Positions 27,610 through 37,578 of a stretch of DNA of 64,000 nt are shown in pieces. The notes beneath the pieces were generated by a model. The model saw only the letters and a list, made by a program, of their open reading frames with translations, had not been told where the DNA came from and searched no databases. Location of the stretch: the NCBI GenBank assembly GCA_003635195.1, contig PYIY01000200.1:3855-67854 (forward strand). Reading direction: 5' to 3'. Made by a program: the position numbers and the translations under genes. Each line of letters opens with the position of its first letter. The first letter of the stretch is position 1. The stretch comes from Candidatus Poribacteria bacterium. Lineage in GTDB: Bacteria > Poribacteria > WGA-4E > WGA-3G.

Positions 27610-28084
27610 AACTTTTCACCTCATACATTAGACCCTACAATAGTTTAATTGTGGGAACTTGTTCATCCATTCAACTTTTTAGGTAGAAAACGATTATTTC
27701 AAAATCATCATCTGCAGTTAATAAAGAGATATTATTAGGTGACGCGTTCACCTAAGGATGCCCGCATCTCATAAGCGAGAGCATGGCAATATCCGAATAC
27801 TTAAAATCTCAAAACTGCTTGATATACGTGTTTTGGGGTCAGTGTTTCTCTATACGGGGAGTGCTTATGCAAGAGAAACGGAGACGACGAGGATTTGTCA
27901 TCGCGTTTCAGAGTGATGGCAATCTTTCCATATAGGTGCTGGTCTCCATTTATAGATGACACACAAACCGTGTTATCTGATACAATAGAAACCAGCGCTG
28001 TCATACCTGACCTATGGCAGTGCTAAGCGTCGCGGGTGCGGTAACACCTGCGGCGCCCTAACGAAAATGTAACTGCCATCTTTT

Positions 28085-28113
28085 ATTGTAATTAAAACGC
28101 GAAAAAATGTCAA
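28085..28113 (-). promoter_or_regulatory. sigma70-like promoter TTGACA-N17-TACAAT, ~470 nt upstream of the adhesin gene
   Basis: Reverse complement reads TTGACA ttttttcgcgttttaat TACAAT. Confidence 0.45.
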
Positions 28114-28357
28114 GTCAAAAACGTAAGTTTACGATGTCCTATTATTACGTTTAGGAATGTGCTACATTCTTTGAAAACCACTTTTGGAGAGACCCAATGA
28201 AACCTTTCAATTTTTCACTACTTATTATCGCTGCTGTTTTCAAAGGGACTTTTCATTTGACACAATCAACGGATTATGCCATAGTAACATACCTTCTATT
28301 ATATTTTGATGTGCGCGCTGTCAGGCGCGCTTCTTCTAAAGAAAGGAGATCCTAACA

Positions 28358-28726
28358 ATGACAGTTACATTTCACCACGTCCATCTTCGGTGTGAGGACT
28401 TGGACGGTACAGTCAGTTATTACGAAAATATTTTTGACGGAAAAATCTTAGAAACAGCCGATGTCGGCGGGTTAAAAGTCGTCCGTATGGAAATCGGCGG
28501 GGAACGGATATACTTCTCTTCTAAATTAGGGGATATGGAGGTAGAAGATACCAGCGGCAACCCACGCTGGGGGCTCTACCAACTCGCTTTTACTGTAGAA
28601 GACCTCGACGCGACCATCGAAGAACTCCAGGCAAAAGGCGCAGAAGTCGACTATCTGAGACCTGAGATCAACAGAGCATTCCTCAAGGGACCTGACAACG
28701 TTCAGATCGAACTCATTGAGATGTAA
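28358..28726 (+). CDS. VOC/glyoxalase-family protein
   Basis: 122 aa. FHHVHLRCEDLDGTVSYYENIF is a typical VOC beta-alpha-beta-beta-beta start. RBS AAAGGAG. Confidence 0.65.
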   Translation: MTVTFHHVHLRCEDLDGTVSYYENIFDGKILETADVGGLKVVRMEIGGERIYFSSKLGDMEVEDTSGNPRWGLYQLAFTVEDLDATIEELQAKGAEVDYLRPEINRAFLKGPDNVQIELIEM

Positions 28727-28924
28727 TCGTTCTCAGGAACCGCATCCTCATCCTAACAAATCGTGTCGGATGAGGGCCCATGCCTCACTTTTCTCTGTAT
28801 CTGTCTATAGTGTATTGATAATTGAAAACGTACCATAACGTGCGTAAGATTGAGGTTACCTCATTACAGAAAAAAGTTCTTTTTATATCAAAAACTTTTA
28901 GGTTTCCGAACTCATATTAGCATT

Positions 28925-29824
28925 ATGATAGAAAAAGAATTTAGAAATGAAGATCCGCCCGGTAAGATTATTGCCCTTGTATTGTCTACCGTTTCTCTCT
29001 TGGGCGGGCATTCGCTCGCTGTTAAAATTAGCTTGCCAGGCTTTCCACCGCTGAAAATGGCATTTTTTCGTTATATATTAGGGACTTTTGCTATCGGTGG
29101 TGTGGGTTTTTTCCAGGGAATGTCGATGCGGTTGCGTTTTGAGGAATTGCGTCGGTTGATCCTAATTGCGGTATTGCATGCATTGCATACCGTTCTGTTG
29201 AACATCGGCACTGAGTTCACTATCGCTTCTCGGTCAACTATTTTCTTTACGCTTTACCCAATTTTTACTGTGGTATTCGGGCACTTTTGGCTTCCGGACG
29301 ATCGGCTCTCTGTTCGGAAGATATTGGGGGTTCTTGCTGCCTTTAGTGGTGTTATTGCAGCCATCGCGCCGAACCTACGCGGCAGCGGCACTTTGGAGTA
29401 TCTCATCGGCGACCTGATTGTGACGCTGGCTGCCTGTTTCTTTGGACTCCGCATTACACTCACGAAGGTGTATGTTCAAGACATTTACCCGCACCGACTC
29501 CTCTTTTGGTTGTTAAGTCTAAACATTCCGTGTTTTCTGGTGTTGAGTTATTTCTTCGAGCGTGGAAAACCGATTGAATTGACATTGGCAAGCGGGGCAG
29601 GAATGCTCTATCAAGGCTGGATACTCACCGGTTTCTGCTTTTTGACGTTGACATGGGTGCTAAGGAAATACAAAGCGAGCAAATTGGTCGTCTTGTATTT
29701 TTTCATGCCTGTGTCCGGTGTATTGTTTAGCAACCTGTTTTTAGGGGATGAACTGTCGTTGAGTATATTAGCAGGCACTGTATTGATAGGCGTAGGAATT
29801 TATCTTGTAAATATGAGGCGTTAA
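28925..29824 (+). CDS. EamA/DMT-family transporter
   Basis: About 10 hydrophobic helices in two halves, C-terminus VLIGVGIYLVN. Start taken at ATG 28925 (MIEKEF); the track ORF starts at 28850. Confidence 0.65.
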   Translation: MIEKEFRNEDPPGKIIALVLSTVSLLGGHSLAVKISLPGFPPLKMAFFRYILGTFAIGGVGFFQGMSMRLRFEELRRLILIAVLHALHTVLLNIGTEFTIASRSTIFFTLYPIFTVVFGHFWLPDDRLSVRKILGVLAAFSGVIAAIAPNLRGSGTLEYLIGDLIVTLAACFFGLRITLTKVYVQDIYPHRLLFWLLSLNIPCFLVLSYFFERGKPIELTLASGAGMLYQGWILTGFCFLTLTWVLRKYKASKLVVLYFFMPVSGVLFSNLFLGDELSLSILAGTVLIGVGIYLVNMRR

Positions 29825-29999
29825 AGCGGGGACCGAGGTGTGGAAAACGAGCCGCACATTATGACTCACAGTTTGAATAAACAGCCCGGCCCCTGCTGTC
29901 TTGCGTTCATATTTTCCGAGAAGTGTCTGAATAAAAAATCCGTATCCAACCCGGTATGACAATTCCATTTATACAACACTACCCATTTTCAGTGGTAAT

Positions 30000-30152
30000 C
30001 TCATAAACGTCATCGTCAACACAACTGAATCCAACACCACAATCTTACAACTCCCCGAAGAAACTGAAACCCTCATCAAAGCCTCCGTCGCAGAAAACGC
30101 GCTAAAAGCATATCAACGCGCACTCCAGAACCTAACAATCTGGCTATTCTGA
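30000..30152 (+). pseudogene. Remnant of a tyrosine recombinase (XerC/D-type N-terminal core-binding helix only)
   Basis: The frame has no start codon and reads ...LPEETETLIKASVAENALKAYQRALQNLTIWLF*. Compare the XerD-type signature LSENTLxAYRRDLxxLxxWL. It stops right after the motif, with no catalytic domain. Confidence 0.35.
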
Positions 30153-30327
30153 TAACGCACCTATTTTTTTTGCCAAGATGCAATCTTTGGGCACAAAATT
30201 CCGTCTTTAATAATAGAGGGCGTGAATTGTGAACGAATCATCTGTGTTAATTTTACAAAACTCGATATTTGATTAAGCCTTTCGGCGAATACAACACGAT
30301 CCAATCTGTTTACTGGGAGGAAGTCTC

Positions 30328-32037
30328 GTGGAAAGAGAAGACGATGTTCAACTGGTTCGCAAAATCTTATCAGGTGACGACGCTGCGTTTAGTATCTTGG
30401 TCGAAAAATACCAAAAGAGCGTTCACACCCTTGTATGGCGGAAAATTGGCGATTATCACTATGCCGAAGATATTGTGCAAGACGCTTTCCTTCAGGCATA
30501 CAAAAAACTCTCGACCCTTAAAAATCCGAATCAATTTGCCGGATGGCTCTATGTCATTGCAAATCGGCTTTGTATTGATTGGATGCGAAAGCAGAAGTGG
30601 ATGCGAGAGCAAAAGTTTGTGATGCAGTCGCTGGAGGATACACGTCCGGAAGAAATTGAGCGGTCTTCTTACACACATCATGTATCGGAACAATCGAAAA
30701 CAGAGAGCACCGAGCATTCTCATGCGATAGTAAAAAAACTATTGGAAAAGCTGCCGGAGAGTGAACGCACCATCGTGATGCTTTACTATCTCGACGAAAT
30801 GCCGACCAAAAAGATCGGCAAATTCTTGGGGGTGTCGGTGAACACAATTGTGAGCCGACTCCACCGCGCGCGAAAACGTCTACAAGTAGATCAAGAACTC
30901 TTGTTTCAAGAAATTCTTGATGATGTACAACTATCAGAAAATCTGAAGGAGAATATTGTGAAACAATTAGAAAGTATTCGGGGTAAGTTTGATGCATTCA
31001 TAGCGCAGGCAAAATCTGACCCGACATCCGGGGAGGATATTCTCACGGAAGCTTACAACCAAGTTGAAGATGCGCTTAAGGGTGAAATCACACCCGAATT
31101 GGCACATCTCGCGGATGAGATATACGAGTATATAGGCAAAGTCGGAATGGAAAAAAGCGTCTCTTTGCACCGCAGGTATCTGAAGGTTGCTTCAGATAAT
31201 AAGGAGCGTTTCTGGTCGCACCGGCAATTAAGTAATAACCTTGCCTGGCTTCGGCAGAACAGGGAAGCTGTTGAGGAACAGGTTCGGCTTTATCGTTGGA
31301 CATGCGAGCATTTGTCAGATGAGGATGTGTTGGAGACTGTTAATAGTTTAAGTCACATTGGCTGTTGGAAAGCGGAAGGGCGTGTTGATGAGTGGTTCCA
31401 ACTTTACGAGGAAGCCGCTGAACGCTTAGAGAATCCTGAATTGAGCCGCTACGCCCGTTGCGATTTCCTGCAAATCGGATCAGAAATCTTACGCGCCCAC
31501 GGCCGGTTAGATGAGACGCTTCTTGGCATGGAAAAGTTGGAAAGTGCTAACGGTGAACCGGGTTGGGAGCATTATTTCCGGTTCTGGTTGGCTGTGAGAA
31601 CGAATCGACTTCTGGTGTATAGTGGACAGGAAGATTGGGATGGCTTTGATCAGACTCTTACGGAAGTTAGCGCATTTATCGAAGATGAGTTGGAGAAACG
31701 GGATGCCGGCCATGCTGTAAATATCAGCGACCTGACATGGGCTGCTCACGATGTTGGGTGTTGCCTATTGTGGTCCAAGAAGTATAGCGAGGCGAGACAT
31801 TTCCTACAGATCGCGGTTGATTTGATTCGTTATGACGCTTGTACCCACTTCTTTCTTGCGGTAAGCGTTTGGGCTTCAGCGAAAGACAGAGAGAAGACTT
31901 TACAGCATTTAAAGGCGACTCAGGATTACGTGCTAAATCCTAACCGGGATATGTACTACTCGAATTTCCTTGAGACTCCTGAATTTTCGGATGTCAAAGA
32001 TGATCAAGAGTTCCTGAAAGCACTCGGGCAGAAATGA
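30328..32037 (+). CDS. ECF-type sigma-70 factor with ~375-aa helical C-terminal extension
   Basis: Region 2: FSILVEKYQKSVHTLVWRKIGDYHYAEDIVQDAFLQAYKKL. Region 4: LPESERTIVMLYYLDEMPTKKIGKFLGVSVNTIVSRLHRARKRL. It continues 375 aa with no TM segment. GTG start follows GGGAGGAAG. Confidence 0.8.
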   Translation: MEREDDVQLVRKILSGDDAAFSILVEKYQKSVHTLVWRKIGDYHYAEDIVQDAFLQAYKKLSTLKNPNQFAGWLYVIANRLCIDWMRKQKWMREQKFVMQSLEDTRPEEIERSSYTHHVSEQSKTESTEHSHAIVKKLLEKLPESERTIVMLYYLDEMPTKKIGKFLGVSVNTIVSRLHRARKRLQVDQELLFQEILDDVQLSENLKENIVKQLESIRGKFDAFIAQAKSDPTSGEDILTEAYNQVEDALKGEITPELAHLADEIYEYIGKVGMEKSVSLHRRYLKVASDNKERFWSHRQLSNNLAWLRQNREAVEEQVRLYRWTCEHLSDEDVLETVNSLSHIGCWKAEGRVDEWFQLYEEAAERLENPELSRYARCDFLQIGSEILRAHGRLDETLLGMEKLESANGEPGWEHYFRFWLAVRTNRLLVYSGQEDWDGFDQTLTEVSAFIEDELEKRDAGHAVNISDLTWAAHDVGCCLLWSKKYSEARHFLQIAVDLIRYDACTHFFLAVSVWASAKDREKTLQHLKATQDYVLNPNRDMYYSNFLETPEFSDVKDDQEFLKALGQK

Positions 32038-33884
32038 AACAACAGAAAGAACCCGATATTCAGTTGGAACAGTGGAATCCTCCCGTAAAAGAATGGGGTC
32101 CAGTATACAAAGCGATTTTCCGCGCCTTCGGCATGATATGGAAAGCAGGAAAAGTTGAGACAGTTGTCCTTTTTTTTTTAATGCTCATCCAAGGTGTGTT
32201 ACCGGTCTGCATCCTTTACTTAAGCAAGGATGCTATTAATATGGTCATCGCTATCGCTGATACGAACGATCAAAGTTTTCGGGACGCGGCACCACTCTTG
32301 ATTGCCTTAGCACTCGCCACGGTCGTCATGCAAATAATGGAGCCAATTTTTCTTCTGGTGAAAAGTGTCCTTGGCGATAAGATGCGTCGGTATGTGGCAC
32401 TCCTCGTCATGGAAACCGCCAACCAACATCCGGGCATCGCCCACTTTGAAGATCCAAAACTGCATGACCAACTCCAACGGGTTCGGCACGTTGAAGGAAG
32501 TAGTGCTGACTTAGTTATCTACGCCTTTCAGGCTGGCAGTGATTTTTGGGCACTGATTTCCGTAGCCATCTTCCTATCCTTGTTTCATCCACTGGCCCCC
32601 TTCCTTCTAATGCTTTGCGCGCTACCCTACGCCTTGGCACACTATAAATACGCAAACCTCTTTGGCATCGCGCTTCAATTTCAAGCACCCGAGGCACGAA
32701 AACTCGATTACTTCAGAAATCAGTTCCTCTCTCACGATACCGCTAAAGATGTGCGTATTTTTGGGCTACAGGATTTCTTCTTTCAAAAGTATCGACGCAT
32801 CTTTACTCGGATTCTTAGTGTACTCTGGTCGGTCCGAAAGCGTGAGTTTCGTACGCTTTCACTCTATGCCTTATTGGGCGGTGCTGCTGTGGGAACCGTT
32901 TATGTCATCCTCTTTCGACAGACGATCCGCGGCGAGTTAAGTGTCGGTGAACTCACCGCCTATGCGAGTGCTGTCCTTGTCATCTGGACGAGTATGAGCA
33001 CTTCTCTTTTCAACTTCGCCTTTATGCACCGTACCGGAAGCTTTTTAACCCACCTTTATGACTTTTTAAAAAGAAAGCCGGTCATTAAAATGGTCCCCAA
33101 AGCATTCGCCAAACCGGCACCCTGCCCCTTTCAAAAAGGGATCGCCTTTAGAAACGTCTCCTTCACTTACCCTAACACAGATCGAAAGATTTTGGACGGG
33201 ATCTCCTTGAACATTTATCCTGGGGAAACCGTCGCCATTGTTGGAAAAAACGGTGCCGGCAAAACAACCTTAGTCAAATTAATCACACGAATGTATGATC
33301 CGAGTGATGGAGACATTCACCTCGATAATGTTCCTATTCATCACTATGATCTGGACGATCTACGCTCCCAAATGAGCGTCGTGGATCAGAGTTTTCTCAA
33401 ATACCAACTCAGTGCACAGGAAAATATCGGACTCGGCAATGTTAACAGGCTTTCTGAATTAGACCACATCAAAGCAGCGGCTGAAAAAGCAGGTGCCGAT
33501 TTTATTAACCAACTTCCAAACGGATATGAAACCGTCCTCTCGCGTCAGTTTGAAGATGGTACAGAACTCTCAGGTGGACAATGGCAAAAAATCGCGCTCG
33601 CTCGCGCCCTCACCAGAGACGCACAACTTCTTATCTTAGATGAACCCACCGCAGCCCTTGATGTCCGTAGTGAGCACGATATCTATGCCCGATTTCAGGA
33701 ATTAACAAAAGAGAAAACAACCGTCCTGATTTCTCATCGCATGTCAACCGTTCGTATGGCAGAGCGAATCCTTGTTCTTGATGACGGAAAAGTGATTGAA
33801 GAAGGGACTCACGAGGAATTGATGAAGAACAACGGGTTATATGCCCGACTCTACACCCTCCAAGCGGAACATTACGATGTTTAA
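32034..33884 (+). CDS. ABC exporter, fused permease/ATPase (half-transporter 1)
   Basis: N-terminal 6-TM domain. GKNGAGKTT, LSGGQWQKIALARAL, LLILDEPTAALD, ISHR. ATGA overlap with the sigma gene stop. Confidence 0.85.
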   Translation: MKQQKEPDIQLEQWNPPVKEWGPVYKAIFRAFGMIWKAGKVETVVLFFLMLIQGVLPVCILYLSKDAINMVIAIADTNDQSFRDAAPLLIALALATVVMQIMEPIFLLVKSVLGDKMRRYVALLVMETANQHPGIAHFEDPKLHDQLQRVRHVEGSSADLVIYAFQAGSDFWALISVAIFLSLFHPLAPFLLMLCALPYALAHYKYANLFGIALQFQAPEARKLDYFRNQFLSHDTAKDVRIFGLQDFFFQKYRRIFTRILSVLWSVRKREFRTLSLYALLGGAAVGTVYVILFRQTIRGELSVGELTAYASAVLVIWTSMSTSLFNFAFMHRTGSFLTHLYDFLKRKPVIKMVPKAFAKPAPCPFQKGIAFRNVSFTYPNTDRKILDGISLNIYPGETVAIVGKNGAGKTTLVKLITRMYDPSDGDIHLDNVPIHHYDLDDLRSQMSVVDQSFLKYQLSAQENIGLGNVNRLSELDHIKAAAEKAGADFINQLPNGYETVLSRQFEDGTELSGGQWQKIALARALTRDAQLLILDEPTAALDVRSEHDIYARFQELTKEKTTVLISHRMSTVRMAERILVLDDGKVIEEGTHEELMKNNGLYARLYTLQAEHYDV

Positions 33885-34202
33885 AAAACTGGGATTTCTC
33901 AAAAGCACTCAGAAGCCCCTATCTATCAATGTCCTCTTGATACGCGGTTATGAAAATGCTAAAAAATGCTCATTGATAAATCCCCATTACGTGAAAAATA
34001 TACCTGATTTTCAATACAAAATTGAATAAAATCGCCCATTAAATCGGTTTTTCATAGGTATTTCGTATTGATGTTATTAGGTTTAGTGGAATTAGAAAAC
34101 TTTCACTCATGTAAAATGTGTGTGCGTTTGTTTTCACGAAGTCAATGGTCATGGGGGTTAAAATTTGCATTTGTACTCATTTTGGACATGATCTGAACAA
34201 CT

Positions 34203-36023
34203 GTGAGAAATGTCAGAAAATTACTTTCTTGGAAAACATTGGTCGTCAATACTGTAAAAATGAGTCTGAAGGTCCTTGCCTTCGCTTGGCAGACTTCAGC
34301 CAAACGCACCTCTTTACTTTTGCTGTTCCTTGTTATTTCCAGCAGCCTTCCCGCGACTTCCGCGTGGCTGCTTAATCACCTCGTCAACGATGTCGTAGCG
34401 ATCGTAAAGACCGGAACCCCACTGGAGATGACAACTGTCCTTTTGGGTATCGGTTGTATCCTCTGTAACATCCTCCCCTTCGTTATGAATCCAGCAGCAG
34501 AGGTTGTTCGTTCTACGCTTTCAGACCTGCTCATTGCCGATATAGACGAGCAGGTCATGAAAAAGGCATCGCAACTCACCGGACTGGCATACTTTGATGA
34601 AAGCGAATTTTACGATCAACTCCGCTTCCTCAGAGAAAACTCAACGCTCCTTGAAGGCATGCTCTGGGTACTGTCATCCACGATTAGCAACGGCATTATG
34701 CTCATCTCCCTCTTAATTTTGACGATAACCATCAACCCCTTCATCCCAATTGCGATGATTCTTGTTGCTTTACCCCACCTTTTCGCAGAATATCGTCATC
34801 ACCAATACGCCTTCGACACCCGTTGGGACCAGCTGCCAGAATTCCGTCAATTGGGATACTTCCACGGACTTCTTTTTAATATTGCGTCTGTTAAAGAGAT
34901 AAAACTCTTTAACCTTGGAGCCCACTTTATCAACCGGTATCGCGAACTTTTTGACACACTTTTCAAACGATTCCTGTCTGTGAGAATCTCACACACCAAT
35001 ATCACCTTGCTTTTTACACTTTTACACGGCATCGGACTTACACTTCTCTACGTCTACGTTGTGCTGGTCGCGTTTCAAGGAAAGATTACCGTCGGCGAGG
35101 TAGCGATGTATTTTTCGATTGTGGATAGCTTGCAAACGACGTTCTGGCATCTCACCCTGAAAATTGGGAATCTGGTCGGTTCCACAATAGAGTTTCATAC
35201 GTTATCGTCCTTCTTCGAGTTAGCACCTACCCTGAAAACCGCCGAGGCACCTCAGGCGTTTTCTCACATTAACCGAGCCGTCGAGTTTCGGAACGTGTCT
35301 TTCCGGTATCCGGGACGTGAGAACACCGTATTCAGTGATGTCTCCTTCTCAATAAAAGCCGGAGAGACGCTCGCCATCGTTGGTGAAAACGGTGCAGGCA
35401 AAACCACGCTTATAAAACTCCTCTGCCGTTTTTATGACCCAACATCGGGACAGATATTCATTGACGATGTCCCGTTACATCAGTATCGCCTTGAGAGTTT
35501 ACGCCAGAAAATTGCCCCAGTCTTTCAGGATTTTTCACACTTTTTCCTGACCGCGGCGGAAAACATCGGTATCGGGGATGTGAAACGGATCAACGACGCG
35601 TCTGCGGTAATTCAGGCGGCAGCGCAAGGTCAAGCAGATACCGTCGTTTCACAACTGTCTGATGGCTACGAGACCTTACTGGGACGGCATTTTGATGGCG
35701 GCACCGATTTATCAGGTGGGGAGTGGCAGAAAATCGCCATCTCGCGTGCCTTTATGAGGGACGCAGAAATCTTAATCCTTGATGAGCCGACAGCCGCTCT
35801 TGACGCAGAGTCGGAATATGCCCTTTTTCAACGTTTCAAAACGCTTACACAAGGCGTAACAACACTGTTAATTTCTCATCGCTTTTCGACAGTCCGTATG
35901 GCAGACAGGATTCTCGTCATTGACGAAGGGAAAATTCTTGAGGAAGGCACCCATGAACAACTGATGAACAAAGGCGGTAGGTATGCAACACTCTATCGAA
36001 TGCAGTCAGAAAAATATCAGTAA
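34203..36023 (+). CDS. ABC exporter, fused permease/ATPase (half-transporter 2)
   Basis: GENGAGKTT, LSGGEWQKIAISRAF, ILILDEPTAALD, ISHR. The start is uncertain: GTG 34203 or ATG 34260. Confidence 0.8.
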   Translation: MRNVRKLLSWKTLVVNTVKMSLKVLAFAWQTSAKRTSLLLLFLVISSSLPATSAWLLNHLVNDVVAIVKTGTPLEMTTVLLGIGCILCNILPFVMNPAAEVVRSTLSDLLIADIDEQVMKKASQLTGLAYFDESEFYDQLRFLRENSTLLEGMLWVLSSTISNGIMLISLLILTITINPFIPIAMILVALPHLFAEYRHHQYAFDTRWDQLPEFRQLGYFHGLLFNIASVKEIKLFNLGAHFINRYRELFDTLFKRFLSVRISHTNITLLFTLLHGIGLTLLYVYVVLVAFQGKITVGEVAMYFSIVDSLQTTFWHLTLKIGNLVGSTIEFHTLSSFFELAPTLKTAEAPQAFSHINRAVEFRNVSFRYPGRENTVFSDVSFSIKAGETLAIVGENGAGKTTLIKLLCRFYDPTSGQIFIDDVPLHQYRLESLRQKIAPVFQDFSHFFLTAAENIGIGDVKRINDASAVIQAAAQGQADTVVSQLSDGYETLLGRHFDGGTDLSGGEWQKIAISRAFMRDAEILILDEPTAALDAESEYALFQRFKTLTQGVTTLLISHRFSTVRMADRILVIDEGKILEEGTHEQLMNKGGRYATLYRMQSEKYQ

Positions 36024-36054
36024 CCAAGCTACAGGTGGAGGACACCAATTGACA

Positions 36055-36661
36055 ATGAAACCAAAGAAAATTTATGTGATAGTAATGTTCATCATAGTAG
36101 GGTTTATGCTAACAACACGTTTAAAAACCACAGCAGCAGAAAACACACAAGTCGTTAAAAAAGAACTCCCCGCAATCAAAACAGAGCAACCACTCACCAT
36201 TGACGGTATTCTCGATGATGCTTGCTGGCAAAACGCGCCGCAAGCCGTTGGATTCACAGATGAACGCACCGAAAAACCTGCCAAGAATCAATCCGTGGGG
36301 CACCTCATTCCGATTCAACAAGGTCAGTGTTGGCTATAACTGGGCGGAACAAGCGGATCAGCGGATTCATCGGATTAGTGGGAATTTGAATTTGCGTGCT
36401 CACGGTTTCACCGCAGGGCTCTCATCCAGTATCCAATGGCATTTTGAAAGACGGTACCAACAGATCCTGACCCTCGCTTATGATTTCAGTCCGGCTTTAA
36501 GCCTCGGTAGTCGTTTAATTTGGCAAGTAGAAGGCATCAACATCTACTTCGCATTACGCCGATCCGGGTACGCTGGTACGGACTTTTTTATCATCCTCGG
36601 CGACCCGAATGCCTCAGAATTTAAACAACGGTTGGTGGCGAAGGTTATCCGAGCATTTTAG
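36055..36661 (+). pseudogene. Internally deleted, frameshifted remnant of a CBM9-like/DUF5916-like outer-membrane protein gene
   Basis: Frame A: signal anchor plus LTIDGILDDACWQNAPQAVGFTDERTEKPAKNQSV, then a stop. Frame B from ~36296: ...FALRRSGYAGTDFFIILGDPNASEFKQRLVAKVIRAF*, a barrel-like C-terminus. About 600 nt total, versus the >2 kb I expect for such proteins. Confidence 0.45.
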
Positions 36662-36843
36662 AATGTTCCTTCAGTGTTTTTCGTTTCTTCACAAACCATA
36701 ACAATCAATCTACTCCTTCTGTGTATACGCGGGTTTAAGTCTCAGCGTAAGATGTGGATAATAACATCTCAACTCAATGCTAAAGGACTTGCGGTATTTG
36801 ACACATTTTAACACCTCCGCGCAGGACGTGGATTTCAGCGTTT

Positions 36844-37425
36844 TCATTCAATATGCAGATATTGGTTTTCTTTTACTAAAGATACAACTTGATCTGCAAA
36901 ATCTTCACGACCCATCAAGTCAGAAATTTTAACGGCTATTTGGTTAGCGTGTCTTTGATGATTAATACTGTTGACAAATTCCAAAATATCTTTGCGAACT
37001 TCTTCTGCTGCAATATCAAGTGCTTTGTTAGCCCCAAACGCTTGGACCATTTCTAACAATTCGGAATCTGATTTGTCCCCAAGCTCAGTATCACACTCAT
37101 CCATAAAGCGCGCTGCTACCCGCCATGCAAGTGGTGACAAAGCTGTCTCTATTTTCTCCTTACGGATTCTCTCTTTTCTTTCTCTCAATGCCTGTTGAGC
37201 TAAAATAAACCCGCGCACTGTATAACCTCCTATTTCAATTAAAAGTGTTGCAAGTAATAAGAACAGTGGAAGTAAAGCACTCACGTTGGTCAAGGTAGAT
37301 TGTAATGAGTTCTTTGGATCTACCCATAGCCAGTACGGAACAACCATTAGTGCTACAATCCATATTGCAAATTGCATCCACTGGTTTATGATTTCTCGCA
37401 CATTTGTGTTTTCTTCTTTACCCAT
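36844..37425 (-). CDS. Hypothetical membrane protein (2 TM plus helical cytoplasmic domain)
   Basis: 193-aa ORF downstream of the sigma54 activator. No recognisable motif. Confidence 0.5.
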   Translation of the reverse strand: MGKEENTNVREIINQWMQFAIWIVALMVVPYWLWVDPKNSLQSTLTNVSALLPLFLLLATLLIEIGGYTVRGFILAQQALRERKERIRKEKIETALSPLAWRVAARFMDECDTELGDKSDSELLEMVQAFGANKALDIAAEEVRKDILEFVNSINHQRHANQIAVKISDLMGREDFADQVVSLVKENQYLHIE

Positions 37426-37578
37426 TTGCTTAGGTGTTCACTTTTAACGGTTGCAACTCAGTGGTGGCTCTCCAAATTTCCCCTCACGTATTACTATATG
37501 AAAAAAAGACTAAGATCTCAAGTTAAAATGCTCTCAAATGTTATTATGGAAAATCGCTTTTCCATAAAACTTCTCCAC

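Noticed and set aside
27801-28004. 67-aa ORF within the adhesin leader region.
   Set aside because: It has weak or no SD and no recognisable motif. The region is better explained as structured leader RNA, though a small protein cannot be excluded.
33877-34375. Small ORFs in the AT-rich spacer between the two ABC genes: a 50-aa MFKKLGFLK... ORF overlapping the ABC1 stop, and an 85-aa Cys-containing ORF from 34118.
   Set aside because: There is no convincing RBS. The second overlaps the ABC2 start region in another frame, and the composition is typical of an AT-rich intergenic/promoter region.
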